Positions 34,717 to 44,344 of a stretch of DNA of 64,000 nt are shown piece by piece. The position numbers and the translations under genes were made by a program. Every line of letters starts with the position of its first letter. Within the stretch, counting starts at the first letter, position 1. Under the pieces are notes generated by a model. It had not been told where the DNA came from and did no database searches. It was given only the letters and a program-made list of their open reading frames with translations. This DNA comes from Patescibacteria group bacterium UBA918 (lineage in GTDB: Bacteria; Patescibacteriota; Minisyncoccia; Phycocordibacterales; UBA918). Location: assembly GCA_002293845.1 (NCBI GenBank), contig DBEA01000010.1:565-64564 (forward strand), read 5' to 3'.

Positions 34717-35649
34717 ATGACTTGGATATTCCTGGTGGTCGGAGCACAGGTAGTGAACGCGGTGGTAGCGATCGCCGACAAATACTTAGTGACCGACAAG
34801 AAGCAGTTGTCGAGTCCTTTCGTCTACGCCTACTACACTTCCCTTGTCACCGCCTTTTGGCTCCTGGTGTATTTCTTGGGATTCATTCCATTTTTTCAAG
34901 ACTACGGCTTGCCTAGCCTCTACAATATCCAAATACCCACTTTGGAAGTGGTCGCGCTGGCCTTCTTCTCGGCCTATACTTTCTTCATGGCACTGGTGTC
35001 TCTCTACGGCACCCTGAAGCGCGCCGATACCTCCGACGTGATGCCGGTCGTCGGCGCCGTGTCGGCCATTAGTACGTTCGGTCTCTCGTTTCTGTTCCTA
35101 GGGACGCATCATTCTCCCGACTTCGTCTGGGGCATCGCACTGCTAGCTATCGGTACTTTTCTGGTGTCGCATCTACGTTTCTCGAGCAATATCGCGCTCG
35201 CCGCGGTCCATAGCGGTCTTTTCTTCGCCCTCCACTACATCGCTATGAAGGGTATGTTCATCGCCACCAACTTTGACGACGCTTTCTTCTGGTCGCGGAT
35301 CGCACTCGTGCTGTTCGCGTTGTCGTGGCTCTTAGTACCGAACTACCTCACTCTCATCAAACAGGAGAACAAGCGGACCAGTCGCCGCACCGGTTTCTTG
35401 GTCTTCGGCAACAAGATCATGGCCGGCGTCGCGTCGTTCTTGATCCTCAAAGCCACCGATTGGGGCGACGTGGCCGTGGTACAAGCCTTAGACGGACTCA
35501 AGTTCGTGTTCATTCTCATCATCGGTCTCATATTCGCCCGTTTCTTGCCGGACGCAGTGAGAGAAAAGGATCGTAGTTTCAAAACGGTCATGCGCAAATT
35601 CATTTACGTCACCGTCATCCTGGTAGGTTTCATCCTACTGTTCCGTTAG
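34717..35649 (+). CDS. Polytopic membrane protein, EamA/DMT-like transporter (putative)
   Basis: About 10 TM helices in two halves. Confidence 0.45.
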   Translation: MTWIFLVVGAQVVNAVVAIADKYLVTDKKQLSSPFVYAYYTSLVTAFWLLVYFLGFIPFFQDYGLPSLYNIQIPTLEVVALAFFSAYTFFMALVSLYGTLKRADTSDVMPVVGAVSAISTFGLSFLFLGTHHSPDFVWGIALLAIGTFLVSHLRFSSNIALAAVHSGLFFALHYIAMKGMFIATNFDDAFFWSRIALVLFALSWLLVPNYLTLIKQENKRTSRRTGFLVFGNKIMAGVASFLILKATDWGDVAVVQALDGLKFVFILIIGLIFARFLPDAVREKDRSFKTVMRKFIYVTVILVGFILLFR

Positions 35650-35690
35650 AGAGGCGATCGGTCGCTGATCGGCATCGTTCATAAAATCAC

Positions 35691-36746
35691 ATGTCAGGAA
35701 AAAGACCAGTTAAAAAACGTTCAAACCGCTCGTTCTTTTCGACCGGGTCTTTGTGGATGAAGATCGTGCTGATTTCGATTTTAATCATCGCTTCTCTAAC
35801 TGCGACCGTCTCTTGGTTGGCCGCAAAACCGGTGCCGGAAAGAATCGTGTACGGTATGTCTTTCAATACCCCTTACGCTCATGAACTCGGCCTACCATGG
35901 AAAGACGTTTATGACGCTGTTATCGACGATCTTGGCGTCCGTCATTTGCGTTTGGCCGCTCATTGGCCGATGGTAGAACCTGCTGACGGCGTGTATAACT
36001 TCGAAGAAATGGATTATCAGGTGCGCCGGGCCGAAGAGGTAGGAGCGGATGTCATCTTCGCGCTCGGCCGCCGTTTACCCCGCTGGCCAGAGTGTCACGT
36101 GCCCGAATGGGGAGCGTCCTTGCCGTGGGAACGACAGAAAGACGAGATCAGGGATTATTTGAGAGTGGTAGTCGACAGGTACAAAGATAGTCCGGCCATA
36201 ATCTATTGGCAGGTGGAGAACGAACCTTACCTGGAAGTCTTCGCCAAAGAGCACTGCAACGAGCTGGATGAAGAGTTCTTGATCGAGGAGATCGAGTTGG
36301 TGCGCTCGCTTGATCCCACTCGGCCGATCATGGTGACCGACAGCGGCAACTTGGGCTTATGGGCCGATGCTTATAAGCACGGCGACGCCTTCGGCACCAG
36401 CGTCTATGTGTATTTCTGGAATCCGGAGTTGGGGCAATTCAAAACAGTTCTGCCGCCATGGTTTTATCGCGTGAAAGAGAATTTGATCTCATTGTTTTAT
36501 GGTGACAAACCCACTTATTTGATCGAGTTGTCGGCCGAGCCGTGGCTGTTGGAGCCGGTCGTGAACGTCGATATCGAGACCCAGTACTCTCGGATGAATC
36601 TCGAAAAGGTGGATGAGATCATTGCTTATGCGCGGGAAACCCGCTACGATAAGCAATACTTATGGGGTGCCGAATGGTGGTACTGGCTCAAAGAAAAGGG
36701 GCATCCGGAGATATGGGAAAGAGGCAGGGAGTTGTTTAAAAAATAA
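35691..36746 (+). CDS. Glycoside hydrolase, clan GH-A (GH42/GH35-like), membrane-anchored
   Basis: HWPMVEPADGVYNFEEMD and WQVENEP catalytic acid region. Confidence 0.6.
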   Translation: MSGKRPVKKRSNRSFFSTGSLWMKIVLISILIIASLTATVSWLAAKPVPERIVYGMSFNTPYAHELGLPWKDVYDAVIDDLGVRHLRLAAHWPMVEPADGVYNFEEMDYQVRRAEEVGADVIFALGRRLPRWPECHVPEWGASLPWERQKDEIRDYLRVVVDRYKDSPAIIYWQVENEPYLEVFAKEHCNELDEEFLIEEIELVRSLDPTRPIMVTDSGNLGLWADAYKHGDAFGTSVYVYFWNPELGQFKTVLPPWFYRVKENLISLFYGDKPTYLIELSAEPWLLEPVVNVDIETQYSRMNLEKVDEIIAYARETRYDKQYLWGAEWWYWLKEKGHPEIWERGRELFKK

Positions 36747-36756
36747 TAGTTAGATC

Positions 36757-37893
36757 ATGAATACCTATTTGAATTCTATCATGCGTCGGTTGGCCGGCGC
36801 CGCAGGCGCCGGCCTTCTCGTGGCCTTTTTACCATTTTCGGTCTCCGCAGAGACCGTAGTGCGTACCGGTAATTCGGTTTCGGTAGAGGTGGATCAAATG
36901 GTCGAAAACGATTTTTATGCCGCGGGCGGTAGTGTGAGTAATTCCGGACAGATCAAAGCCGACATGAGCGCCGTCGCCGGCTCGCTCACCGTGAACGGTC
37001 AGATCGGCGCGGACCTGTTGGCGGTGGGAGGTACGGTGCAGGTACATGCTCCGGTCAAGGACGATGTCAGAGTGGTGGCTGGCGAAACGGTCATTGCGAG
37101 CGATATCGGCGGCGACGTGTTCGTCATCGGCGGAACTTTGAAAGTATTGTCTTCCGCCAAGATCGCGGGTGACGTCTACTTTTACGGCGGTGACGTCGAG
37201 ATCGCCGGTATCGTCAAAGGCCGGGTCATGGGCCGGGCAGAGTCGTTCACTATAAGTAGCGCTGTGGGAGGAGTCGACGTCGGCGCGGTCAAAGTGGAGC
37301 TCCTGGAAGGAGCGGCGATCGCGGGTGACGTTTCTTACTCCTCGCCCCGCGACCTCTATCGCGCTCCAGGAGTGTCGATCGGCGGGGAGATAGTGAAAGG
37401 TGCAATGCCGGTTTCAGATACGGAAGCTAACGGCAGTTTCCCAGTGGTCTTTTTTGCCATCTGGCTGTTCACCACTTTTTGCTTCTTCTTACTCTTCCGC
37501 ACGGCCATCGAAAGCGTCTTAGCGGCGGTCAAGAAAGAGACGCTCAAAATGGGCCTGGTAGGGGCCGTCGCGGCCGTCGCCGGGCCGGTTATCGGTATCG
37601 TGTTGATGGCCACCGTTCTAGGTATTTGGTTGGGTGTCTTGAAGATTCTTTTATCTCTAATTTTGTTCATAGTCACCATGACCTTACTCCCGATCATGGC
37701 AGGCGGCTATGCTCTTTCATGGTGGAAGCCCAATCGTCGTTTGGATGCCGTCACTGTGGTCACCGGCATGGCGATCGTTATGGTAGCGACGGTGATTCCT
37801 GTCGTGGGCGGTTTGTTGATCTTCGTTGGTTATGCGGTCACGCTTGGCGCTATATTGTATCTGGCATATCAGAAGGGTAGAGGGTTGATTTGA
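36757..37893 (+). CDS. Bactofilin-like (polymer-forming cytoskeletal) repeat protein with a C-terminal multi-TM domain
   Basis: Repeated G-D-V..IGG beta-helix-like blocks, then about 5 TM helices. Confidence 0.5.
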   Translation: MNTYLNSIMRRLAGAAGAGLLVAFLPFSVSAETVVRTGNSVSVEVDQMVENDFYAAGGSVSNSGQIKADMSAVAGSLTVNGQIGADLLAVGGTVQVHAPVKDDVRVVAGETVIASDIGGDVFVIGGTLKVLSSAKIAGDVYFYGGDVEIAGIVKGRVMGRAESFTISSAVGGVDVGAVKVELLEGAAIAGDVSYSSPRDLYRAPGVSIGGEIVKGAMPVSDTEANGSFPVVFFAIWLFTTFCFFLLFRTAIESVLAAVKKETLKMGLVGAVAAVAGPVIGIVLMATVLGIWLGVLKILLSLILFIVTMTLLPIMAGGYALSWWKPNRRLDAVTVVTGMAIVMVATVIPVVGGLLIFVGYAVTLGAILYLAYQKGRGLI

Positions 37894-38102
37894 CAAACCC
37901 ATCGATTTCATTTAATCTGCGAACAGCCTGCGCTCCTCGAAAAGTCGGGTGGCTCGCGTCATCGGGGAAGTCGACTGGAGGGGCTGTTGCGAACTCCCCG
38001 GTTCCTGAAGTCCCTTTCGACTTATGACGTATCACCAAAGGTCACCCAGACAATCAAGGTCCAGGTCAGGCCGATGCGCGAGCATCGGCCTTTTTCTTTG
38101 CT
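37894..38102 (+). ncRNA. Structured GC-rich leader ending in an intrinsic terminator (GGCCGATGC-gcga-GCATCGGCC TTTTTCTTT) 12 nt before the HAD gene. Candidate riboswitch or attenuator.
   Basis: Nested stems CGTCAT..ATGACG and AAGTCGA..TCGACTT, GNRA loop, no ORF. TACAAT 6 nt before ATG 38114. Confidence 0.3.
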
Positions 38103-38113
38103 ACAATACTCTT

Positions 38114-38800
38114 ATGCAGAAACCGGTGGCTTTTTTCGATATCGACGGCACGGTGTTTCGTTCCAGCTTGCTCATCGAGTTGGTCGATGAACTTATAAAT
38201 CGGGGAATTTTTCCGGCGAGCGCGCGCGAGATCTATGCCGATCGCAGGCAGGCCTGGCAGGACCGAGAAGGTAGTTACGAGAATTATATCGACGGAGTCA
38301 TCGAGGCTTTCCGAACGCACATCAAAGGAGTTTTTTACGGCGATCTGGCCGATGCCGGCCGCGAGGTGGTCGCCGTTCAAAGCAAACGTGTCTATCGTTA
38401 TACCCGCGATCTTATCAAAGAACTAAAAGCCGACGGGTATCATCTGGTAGCCATCTCACAGTCGCCGAAATCGATGTTGGACGATTTTTGCCGGCAGTAC
38501 GGATTCGATAAAGTTTACGGTCGTATCTATGACATCGGCCCGCAAGATCGTTTTCTAGGCACCGTTACCGATGAGCATTTGATAGCCAACAAGGCCAATA
38601 TAGTAGCGCGCGTGTTCGAGGACTCCAGCCTCACTCGTCTCGGTTCCGTGGGCGTCGGTGATACCGAAGGTGATATACCGCTTTTGGAAGCCGTAGAAAG
38701 GCCGATATGTTTCAATCCGAACAAGAGACTTTTCGATCACGCTAAGCGCATGGACTGGCCAGTGGTGGTGGAAAGAAAGGATGTCATCTACGAGCTCTAA
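38114..38800 (+). CDS. HAD-IB family hydrolase (phosphoserine-phosphatase-like)
   Basis: Motif I FFDIDGTV, motif IV GVGDTEGDIPLL. The start is moved from 38024 to ATG 38114. Confidence 0.7.
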   Translation: MQKPVAFFDIDGTVFRSSLLIELVDELINRGIFPASAREIYADRRQAWQDREGSYENYIDGVIEAFRTHIKGVFYGDLADAGREVVAVQSKRVYRYTRDLIKELKADGYHLVAISQSPKSMLDDFCRQYGFDKVYGRIYDIGPQDRFLGTVTDEHLIANKANIVARVFEDSSLTRLGSVGVGDTEGDIPLLEAVERPICFNPNKRLFDHAKRMDWPVVVERKDVIYEL

Positions 38801-38817
38801 ATGTTACGATAAGCAGT

Positions 38818-39036
38818 ATGTCAAGCAAAAAGCTTTATCGAAGTCGTGAAAACGTCATCGTCGCCGGAGTGATGAGTGGCTTCGCTGAGTATTTTCATCA
38901 TGATCCGACCTGGTGGCGGTTGGGCTTCGCGGCTTTCCTCATCGCTACCGGCTTCATGCCGGGCGTGTTGATATACATTGTCGCCTGGATACTGATGCCG
39001 CTTCGGCCCACGGCTTCTTTTGACTACGAACAGTGA
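38818..39036 (+). CDS. PspC-domain membrane protein
   Basis: KLYRSRENVIVAGVMSGFAEYFHHDPTWWRLGF matches the PspC domain consensus. Confidence 0.75.
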   Translation: MSSKKLYRSRENVIVAGVMSGFAEYFHHDPTWWRLGFAAFLIATGFMPGVLIYIVAWILMPLRPTASFDYEQ

Positions 39037-39046
39037 CTATATAATT

Positions 39047-39679
39047 ATGGAACTTGAAAGGAACGAACATGCCACCGCCGACTTGTCTGCGATCTCGAAG
39101 CGTTCGCAGGTCGTGCGTACTTTGACCGCGAACGATGTCATCTTTTGGGGCTCGGACGCGTTCATTTCGGTGGCGTTGGCGCTCTTTGTGGTCACTTTCA
39201 TCGAAGGTGCGACCATCTTGAACGTAGGTATCGCGCTCATGATCCATCGGGTGGTCGGAGCGCTATCCGCCGTGCCGATAGGGAGATGGTTCGACACTCA
39301 TCGTGGCTACATCGACGAAGTGCGGGGACTGTCTTTTGCCTGCCTGGCGGCGGGTTTTTGCTACATTTCGCTCAGTTTCGCCACGGCGATATGGCAACTT
39401 TATCTCGCCATGCTGTTTTTGGGATTTTTCTCCACCGTCAATTTGGCGGCGTGGCGCATTCTTTTTTACAACAACGTCGGCAAGAAGAATTTCGGACAGA
39501 CAATCGGCGTCTACCAGATGCTCTTCTCTTTAGGTATCGGCCTTTTCTTGGCTGTCGGCGGCTTCACCGGCGATCGCTATGGATACGATACGGTCCTCAT
39601 GCTCGGCGGTTTCATGATGATCTTCGGCAGTCTGCTCCCGTTGTTGATTCGCGGATACTTCGAGCCTAAAGGTAAATAG
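39047..39679 (+). CDS. Half-size MFS-like membrane protein (6 TM)
   Basis: Hydrophobic profile; the start is moved to ATG 39047. Confidence 0.4.
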   Translation: MELERNEHATADLSAISKRSQVVRTLTANDVIFWGSDAFISVALALFVVTFIEGATILNVGIALMIHRVVGALSAVPIGRWFDTHRGYIDEVRGLSFACLAAGFCYISLSFATAIWQLYLAMLFLGFFSTVNLAAWRILFYNNVGKKNFGQTIGVYQMLFSLGIGLFLAVGGFTGDRYGYDTVLMLGGFMMIFGSLLPLLIRGYFEPKGK

Positions 39680-39715
39680 TTAGAGGTTTATAATTCTAGT
39701 TCGTCTTCGGCACGC

Positions 39716-39745
39716 TAAAGGCCGGCCCGTAGGGCCGGCCTTTAT
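39716..39745. terminator. Bidirectional intrinsic terminator AAAGGCCGGCCC-gtag-GGCCGGCCTTTA
   Basis: Perfect hairpin between convergent genes. Confidence 0.75.
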
Positions 39746-39767
39746 CATTCGTGCCTGCATCTACTAA

Positions 39768-41783
39768 CTAGATACCGATCAGCACCGGAATGACCATTGG
39801 GGTCTTGTTGGTGCGCTGCATCAAGAAGCCGGAGACGGTATTGGTCAGCTCGTCCTTGACGTAGTCGAGGTCCAAAGGATGCATGTTCTCAGTCTGCTTC
39901 TCCACTGTGCGCTTGATGAGGGTGCGCGCCTCGGACAATAACTGCTGGTTTTCGCGCAGATACACGAAACCACGAGAGATGATGTCGGGGGATTTGCGGA
40001 GTTTTCCGGTCTTGGTGTTCACTGTGGCAATGATGACGAACATGCCGTCCTCGGCCAAAGTCTGACGGTCGCGCAATACCACCTCTTGGCGGGTACCGAC
40101 GGTGAAGCCGTCGACCAACACCATTTCGGTCGGGGCCTTTTCCTTATGGACGATGAGTTCATCGCCGTTTCTGATGTCGATGATCGAGCCGTTGTCCGGG
40201 ACGACGATATTCTCGCGCGGAAAGCCGTTTTGGATGGCGGCATACATGTGGCTCTTCAAGTGGTAGTGGTGTCCATGGACCGGGATCAAGAATTTAGGCT
40301 TGACGGCGTGATGCACCCACACGAGTTCTCCGGCATTGCCGTGACCTGACGAGTGAACGGCGGTAGTGCGATAGTTGATGACACGGACGTTGCGGCGATA
40401 AATGTTGTCCTTGAGTTTCTGGACAGCGATCTCATTACCGGGAATCACGGAGGAGGACAGCACCACGGTGTCGCGCTCGGTCAAAGTGATGAACTTATGC
40501 TTGTCGGTGGCGATGCGCATCAAAGCGGCGAATTCCTCGCCCTGCGCGCCGGTCGACAGAATGACGATGCGATCGGAAGGATAATCGCCCATATCGCCGG
40601 CGTTGATGAATATCTTATCGTCAACGTCGATAAGCTTGGCTAGGCGCGCGATATCGATGTTGGTCTTGATACTGCGTCCCTCCAGCACCACTTTTTTGCC
40701 GTATTTTTCGCACGACTTAATGACGGCGGTTAGACGCTCGAATTGCGAGGCAAAGGTACCGATGATAAGGCGGCCGGTGGCGTCCTTTATGATCCTGTCG
40801 AGTGTCGCCAACACTTCGCCCTCGGGCGCAGAGAAACCTTCACGATCGGCGTTCGTGGAATCGCAGATCAGAACCAGGTTGTTGTTCTGACCGACCTTTT
40901 CCCAATCAGCCTTTTCATCGGCCGCCACATCTCCGTTTTCGTGGGTGAGGCGGATGTCACCGGTTAAGACCACGTCGCCGTACTTGGTCTCGACCGATAC
41001 GCCCATGGCGTCAGGAATCGAGTGGGTGACCGGGAAAGTTTTGATCTTGGTTTTACCGATGGTAAAAGAGTCGCCTTCTTTAATCACGTGGATATCTACT
41101 GGGTCGAGATGAGGAAACTCTTCCTGTCTCTTCTTGATCATTAGCGACGTGAGGTATTGGGTGTAGATCGGCGGATTGCCGATGCGTTCCATGACGAAAG
41201 GGATGCCGCCGATGTGGTCGAGGTGGCCGTGAGTGACGACCAAAGCGCGGATCTTGTGTTTGCGCTCCTCGACGTATTGAGTGTTCGGCAGTATGTAATT
41301 GATGCCCGGAGCGTTCGACTCTTCGGAAACGAATTGGAAACCGATGTCGAAGATAATAAGATCGTCCTTGGTCTCGACGACCGTCATGTTGCGGCCGATC
41401 TCTTCCACGCCCGATATCGGGATGATGCGGACAGTGTCGTCGTCCATGATCTCCGGTAGTTTGGGCGCGCGTTCGTCGGTCACCGTGATGCGATGTTGCA
41501 ATGCCGGGGCTTTAGTGGCGCGGCGCTTGTGAGCAAAGCGAGAGGGTCGTTTGCCATTGCCGCGAGAGCTGTCGCGTCCGGATCGTGGCGAAGAACCGGG
41601 CGATCTGGCTGGAGCGCCCGGTGCAGCGCCGTTGCCTGCGCCCGTAGGCGAAGCTGGCGATCGTCCGCCGCGCGCACCGGTGGTGCCGCTGAAGCGGCGG
41701 CCGCCGCGGCCACGAAAGCCGAAACTGCGTCGGCGGTTCCCGCCTCCTTGCGGTTTGTTGTTGGTATTGTTGGTGTCGTTCAT
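39768..41783 (-). CDS. rnj: Ribonuclease J (MBL + beta-CASP) with Arg/Gly-rich N-terminal extension
   Basis: HxHxDH motif VTHGHLDHIGG, beta-CASP region, low-complexity RGG N-terminus. Confidence 0.85.
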   Translation of the reverse strand: MNDTNNTNNKPQGGGNRRRSFGFRGRGGRRFSGTTGARGGRSPASPTGAGNGAAPGAPARSPGSSPRSGRDSSRGNGKRPSRFAHKRRATKAPALQHRITVTDERAPKLPEIMDDDTVRIIPISGVEEIGRNMTVVETKDDLIIFDIGFQFVSEESNAPGINYILPNTQYVEERKHKIRALVVTHGHLDHIGGIPFVMERIGNPPIYTQYLTSLMIKKRQEEFPHLDPVDIHVIKEGDSFTIGKTKIKTFPVTHSIPDAMGVSVETKYGDVVLTGDIRLTHENGDVAADEKADWEKVGQNNNLVLICDSTNADREGFSAPEGEVLATLDRIIKDATGRLIIGTFASQFERLTAVIKSCEKYGKKVVLEGRSIKTNIDIARLAKLIDVDDKIFINAGDMGDYPSDRIVILSTGAQGEEFAALMRIATDKHKFITLTERDTVVLSSSVIPGNEIAVQKLKDNIYRRNVRVINYRTTAVHSSGHGNAGELVWVHHAVKPKFLIPVHGHHYHLKSHMYAAIQNGFPRENIVVPDNGSIIDIRNGDELIVHKEKAPTEMVLVDGFTVGTRQEVVLRDRQTLAEDGMFVIIATVNTKTGKLRKSPDIISRGFVYLRENQQLLSEARTLIKRTVEKQTENMHPLDLDYVKDELTNTVSGFLMQRTNKTPMVIPVLIGI

Positions 41784-41808
41784 TTTAGTTTTCTTAAAGG
41801 TGATAACT

Positions 41809-43530
41809 TCATTTCGTAAATATGGGCCAGACTCCGCTCTTGTACATGTACCACTCGGCGATGTTGCTCCAGCGTTCGCTCGGTCTTTGTATCTTTTCGA
41901 ACTCGGCCGTCTTTACCTCTTCGGCTACGGCGTATGAAAACGAGGGCGAGAAGAGGAAGATAGCCGGCATGTCGTGCTCCACTTCGTCCACGAACTGATC
42001 GATGAGTCTGTCGCGTTCGTCCGTCGAGGTGGCCACGCGCATTTTGGTGACCAAACTATCGACATTGATGTTGGCGTATAAAGAAACGTTGAGCCCTGGA
42101 TCTTCGCGACTGGACGAGTGCCAGAAAGGATACAGGTCGAGAGAACGTCCGACGTCCATACCGAATAGCAACGCCTGGTAATCTCTCGGTCTGATGATCG
42201 TTTGTACCAGATCGCTTTGCTCGTAGAATTCGAAAGAAACATCTGCACCCAGCGCGCGCCAGGTAGCAGTCAGGTTTTCCGCGGCCTTTTCGAACAAAGA
42301 GCCGTTGGCCGAACGCACGGTGAATTTAAGAGGAGTTTCTTGGCCGTCGATGGTTTTTTTATAAACTCCATCCGGTCCTAAAGACCATCCGGCTGTTTCC
42401 AGTATCTCTCGTGCTCGTGTCAGCCTCTCTTCCGGAGCGAGTTCTTCCGGCTCCTCCTCGTTTAAGCCGGCCGGCAAAGGCGATAAATCCGGCTCGCCAT
42501 AACCCCCGACAGCGGCCTCGATCAAGGTGCGGCGATCGAGGGCGGTCGACAAGGCTCGTCTGACGGATAAGTCGCGCAATACCGGGTTGCGATTTTGATT
42601 CAAGAAGATGGCGAAGATGCGCGGCAAGGTCTCAGAAACCAGGTAGTGGCGGTCGCTGTCGACGGCCGATAACGATTCCTCACTCAAGGCAGCGGTCGCC
42701 GTTATCTCATCGTTGTGTAAAGCATCGGCCACAGCCTGTTCGTTTTGATAGAAGCGTACGATTATCCTGTCGATATGAGGTTCAGGACCGTAGTTATCGG
42801 CGGCTCGGAGGTCGTATTCGGAGACCAATCCGGCCTCGTTTCTTTTTACCGCCTTGATGTAATAAGGACCACTGCCTACAGGTTCGATATTATGCTGGCT
42901 GAACGGCAATTCTTCCTCGGTGAGCGAACTCCAAATATGGCGCGGTAGAATGCCCACGGTGAGATTGTCCTTGAACGGCGTGTATGGATTTTCTAGAACG
43001 AGATTTAGTTCGTATGGACCGATCACTTCGACCGTGACACCGCTCCAGTTGCCTCGGAGTGGCGACTTTAGTTCTGGATTTTGTATCAACCCGATAGTGA
43101 AAGCCACGTCGTCGGCCGTTACCGAAATGCCGTCGTGAAAACGAGCGTCCTGCCGCAAGATTATATTGTAGACTCGGCCGTCATCGGAGATGGTGAGAGA
43201 CTCTGCGAGGTCGTTCTCGAGGTCACCCGCCGGAGTGAGTTTCATGAGTCCGCTATAAGTGAGCGCGACCAGGTCATGGTCGGCACGCGTGATCGCCAGG
43301 ACCGGATTTATGAATCGCGGACTGCCGACGACACCTTCGGTCAGGGTACCTCCCTCCACAGGCACTTCCACCAAAAATGAGCGTCCCCAAGAGTATATGA
43401 ATAGGCTGAGGCTGACCAAGAAAAGGGCCAGTAAGCTGAAAAACACAGCTCGGTCTGAAGCTTTCAACGAATCGATATAACCGAACAGACGATCAAAAGT
43501 TCCGAAACGCTTCGGAGGATGTGGGTTCAT
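41809..43530 (-). CDS. ABC transporter substrate-binding protein, family 5 (peptide/nickel type), orphan
   Basis: SBP_bac_5-like sequence with an N-terminal TM anchor. No adjacent permease genes. Confidence 0.65.
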   Translation of the reverse strand: MNPHPPKRFGTFDRLFGYIDSLKASDRAVFFSLLALFLVSLSLFIYSWGRSFLVEVPVEGGTLTEGVVGSPRFINPVLAITRADHDLVALTYSGLMKLTPAGDLENDLAESLTISDDGRVYNIILRQDARFHDGISVTADDVAFTIGLIQNPELKSPLRGNWSGVTVEVIGPYELNLVLENPYTPFKDNLTVGILPRHIWSSLTEEELPFSQHNIEPVGSGPYYIKAVKRNEAGLVSEYDLRAADNYGPEPHIDRIIVRFYQNEQAVADALHNDEITATAALSEESLSAVDSDRHYLVSETLPRIFAIFLNQNRNPVLRDLSVRRALSTALDRRTLIEAAVGGYGEPDLSPLPAGLNEEEPEELAPEERLTRAREILETAGWSLGPDGVYKKTIDGQETPLKFTVRSANGSLFEKAAENLTATWRALGADVSFEFYEQSDLVQTIIRPRDYQALLFGMDVGRSLDLYPFWHSSSREDPGLNVSLYANINVDSLVTKMRVATSTDERDRLIDQFVDEVEHDMPAIFLFSPSFSYAVAEEVKTAEFEKIQRPSERWSNIAEWYMYKSGVWPIFTK

Positions 43531-43587
43531 GGGTATAGATGGTAATGGTAAGCCCTGGAATTCGACCGCGAGGTCGCGGCGTCTAGA

Positions 43588-43830
43588 CTAAGCGACGACG
43601 TTCAAGATGGCAGAGAGTACGAAAAGTATCGCCAACACGATGGAAAGACGAAATAGGAAAAGCTCACCGCCACGGCGCTTGTGAAAGGCCGCGCTGAAAT
43701 TGTCACCTCCGAAGGCTCCGCCGAGACTCGATCCGCGCTGCTGGAGAAGGATGGCCGCTACCAGAAGGACGGAGAGAATTATCTGAATGTAAGGCAGGAT
43801 CGGAACTACGACTGTTCGGACGAATTCCAT
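43588..43830 (-). CDS. secG: Preprotein translocase subunit SecG
   Basis: ILLQQRGSSLGGAFGG motif; two TM helices. Confidence 0.7.
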   Translation of the reverse strand: MEFVRTVVVPILPYIQIILSVLLVAAILLQQRGSSLGGAFGGDNFSAAFHKRRGGELFLFRLSIVLAILFVLSAILNVVA

Positions 43831-43940
43831 GTCGGACATAGAATAACACAAGCTCTTGAAAAGGCAAAGTATCGCTCTTATAATGGACGCGCCCTAAGAG
43901 AAGGGCGTTGTTAACAAATAATTTCGGAGCTTTTTTATCT

Positions 43941-44249
43941 ATGTCAGAAATAAACCTGAAACCCCTCGCCGATCGCGTCGTGGTGCGTCCACTGACCGAT
44001 GAAGAAGCGGGTAACGTATCGAACTCGGGCATTATCATCCCGGACACCGCCAAGAAAGACAAACCGGAACAAGGAATCGTGGTCGCCGTCGGTGCCGGGA
44101 AGTGGGACGAGGACGGAGAGAAGCGCATACCGCTCGAAGTCAAAGAAGGAGATAAAGTCATCTTTCGAACTTGGGGCGAGGCGACCAAATTGAACGACAA
44201 GGAGTATTGGATACTTTCGGAAAGCGACATTTTAGCAGTTGTCAGTTGA
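43941..44249 (+). CDS. groES: Co-chaperonin GroES
   Basis: MSEINLKPLADRVVVRP...GIIIPDTAKKDKPEQGIVVAVG. Confidence 0.9.
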   Translation: MSEINLKPLADRVVVRPLTDEEAGNVSNSGIIIPDTAKKDKPEQGIVVAVGAGKWDEDGEKRIPLEVKEGDKVIFRTWGEATKLNDKEYWILSESDILAVVS

Positions 44250-44344
44250 TAGTTTTTAGTTGTCAGTAACGCTTCGCGTTTATGATGACGGTCAAGCCGT
44301 CGCCGTCACTAAAACCTATCATCTATAAACTAAAACCTAGATTT

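Noticed and set aside
38046-38080. 10-nt match CCAGGTCAGG to the conserved 5' strand of bacterial SRP (4.5S) RNA domain IV, next to a GNRA hairpin
   Set aside because: The obligatory partner strand GGAAGCAGCC and the internal loops are absent. The apical helix is a perfect 9-bp stem. A 10-mer match is expected by chance about once in a window this size.
43852-43940. Possible CIRCE/HrcA operator upstream of groES
   Set aside because: The hairpin AACGCCC-taagagaa-GGGCGTT does not match TTAGCACTC-N9-GAGTGCTAA.
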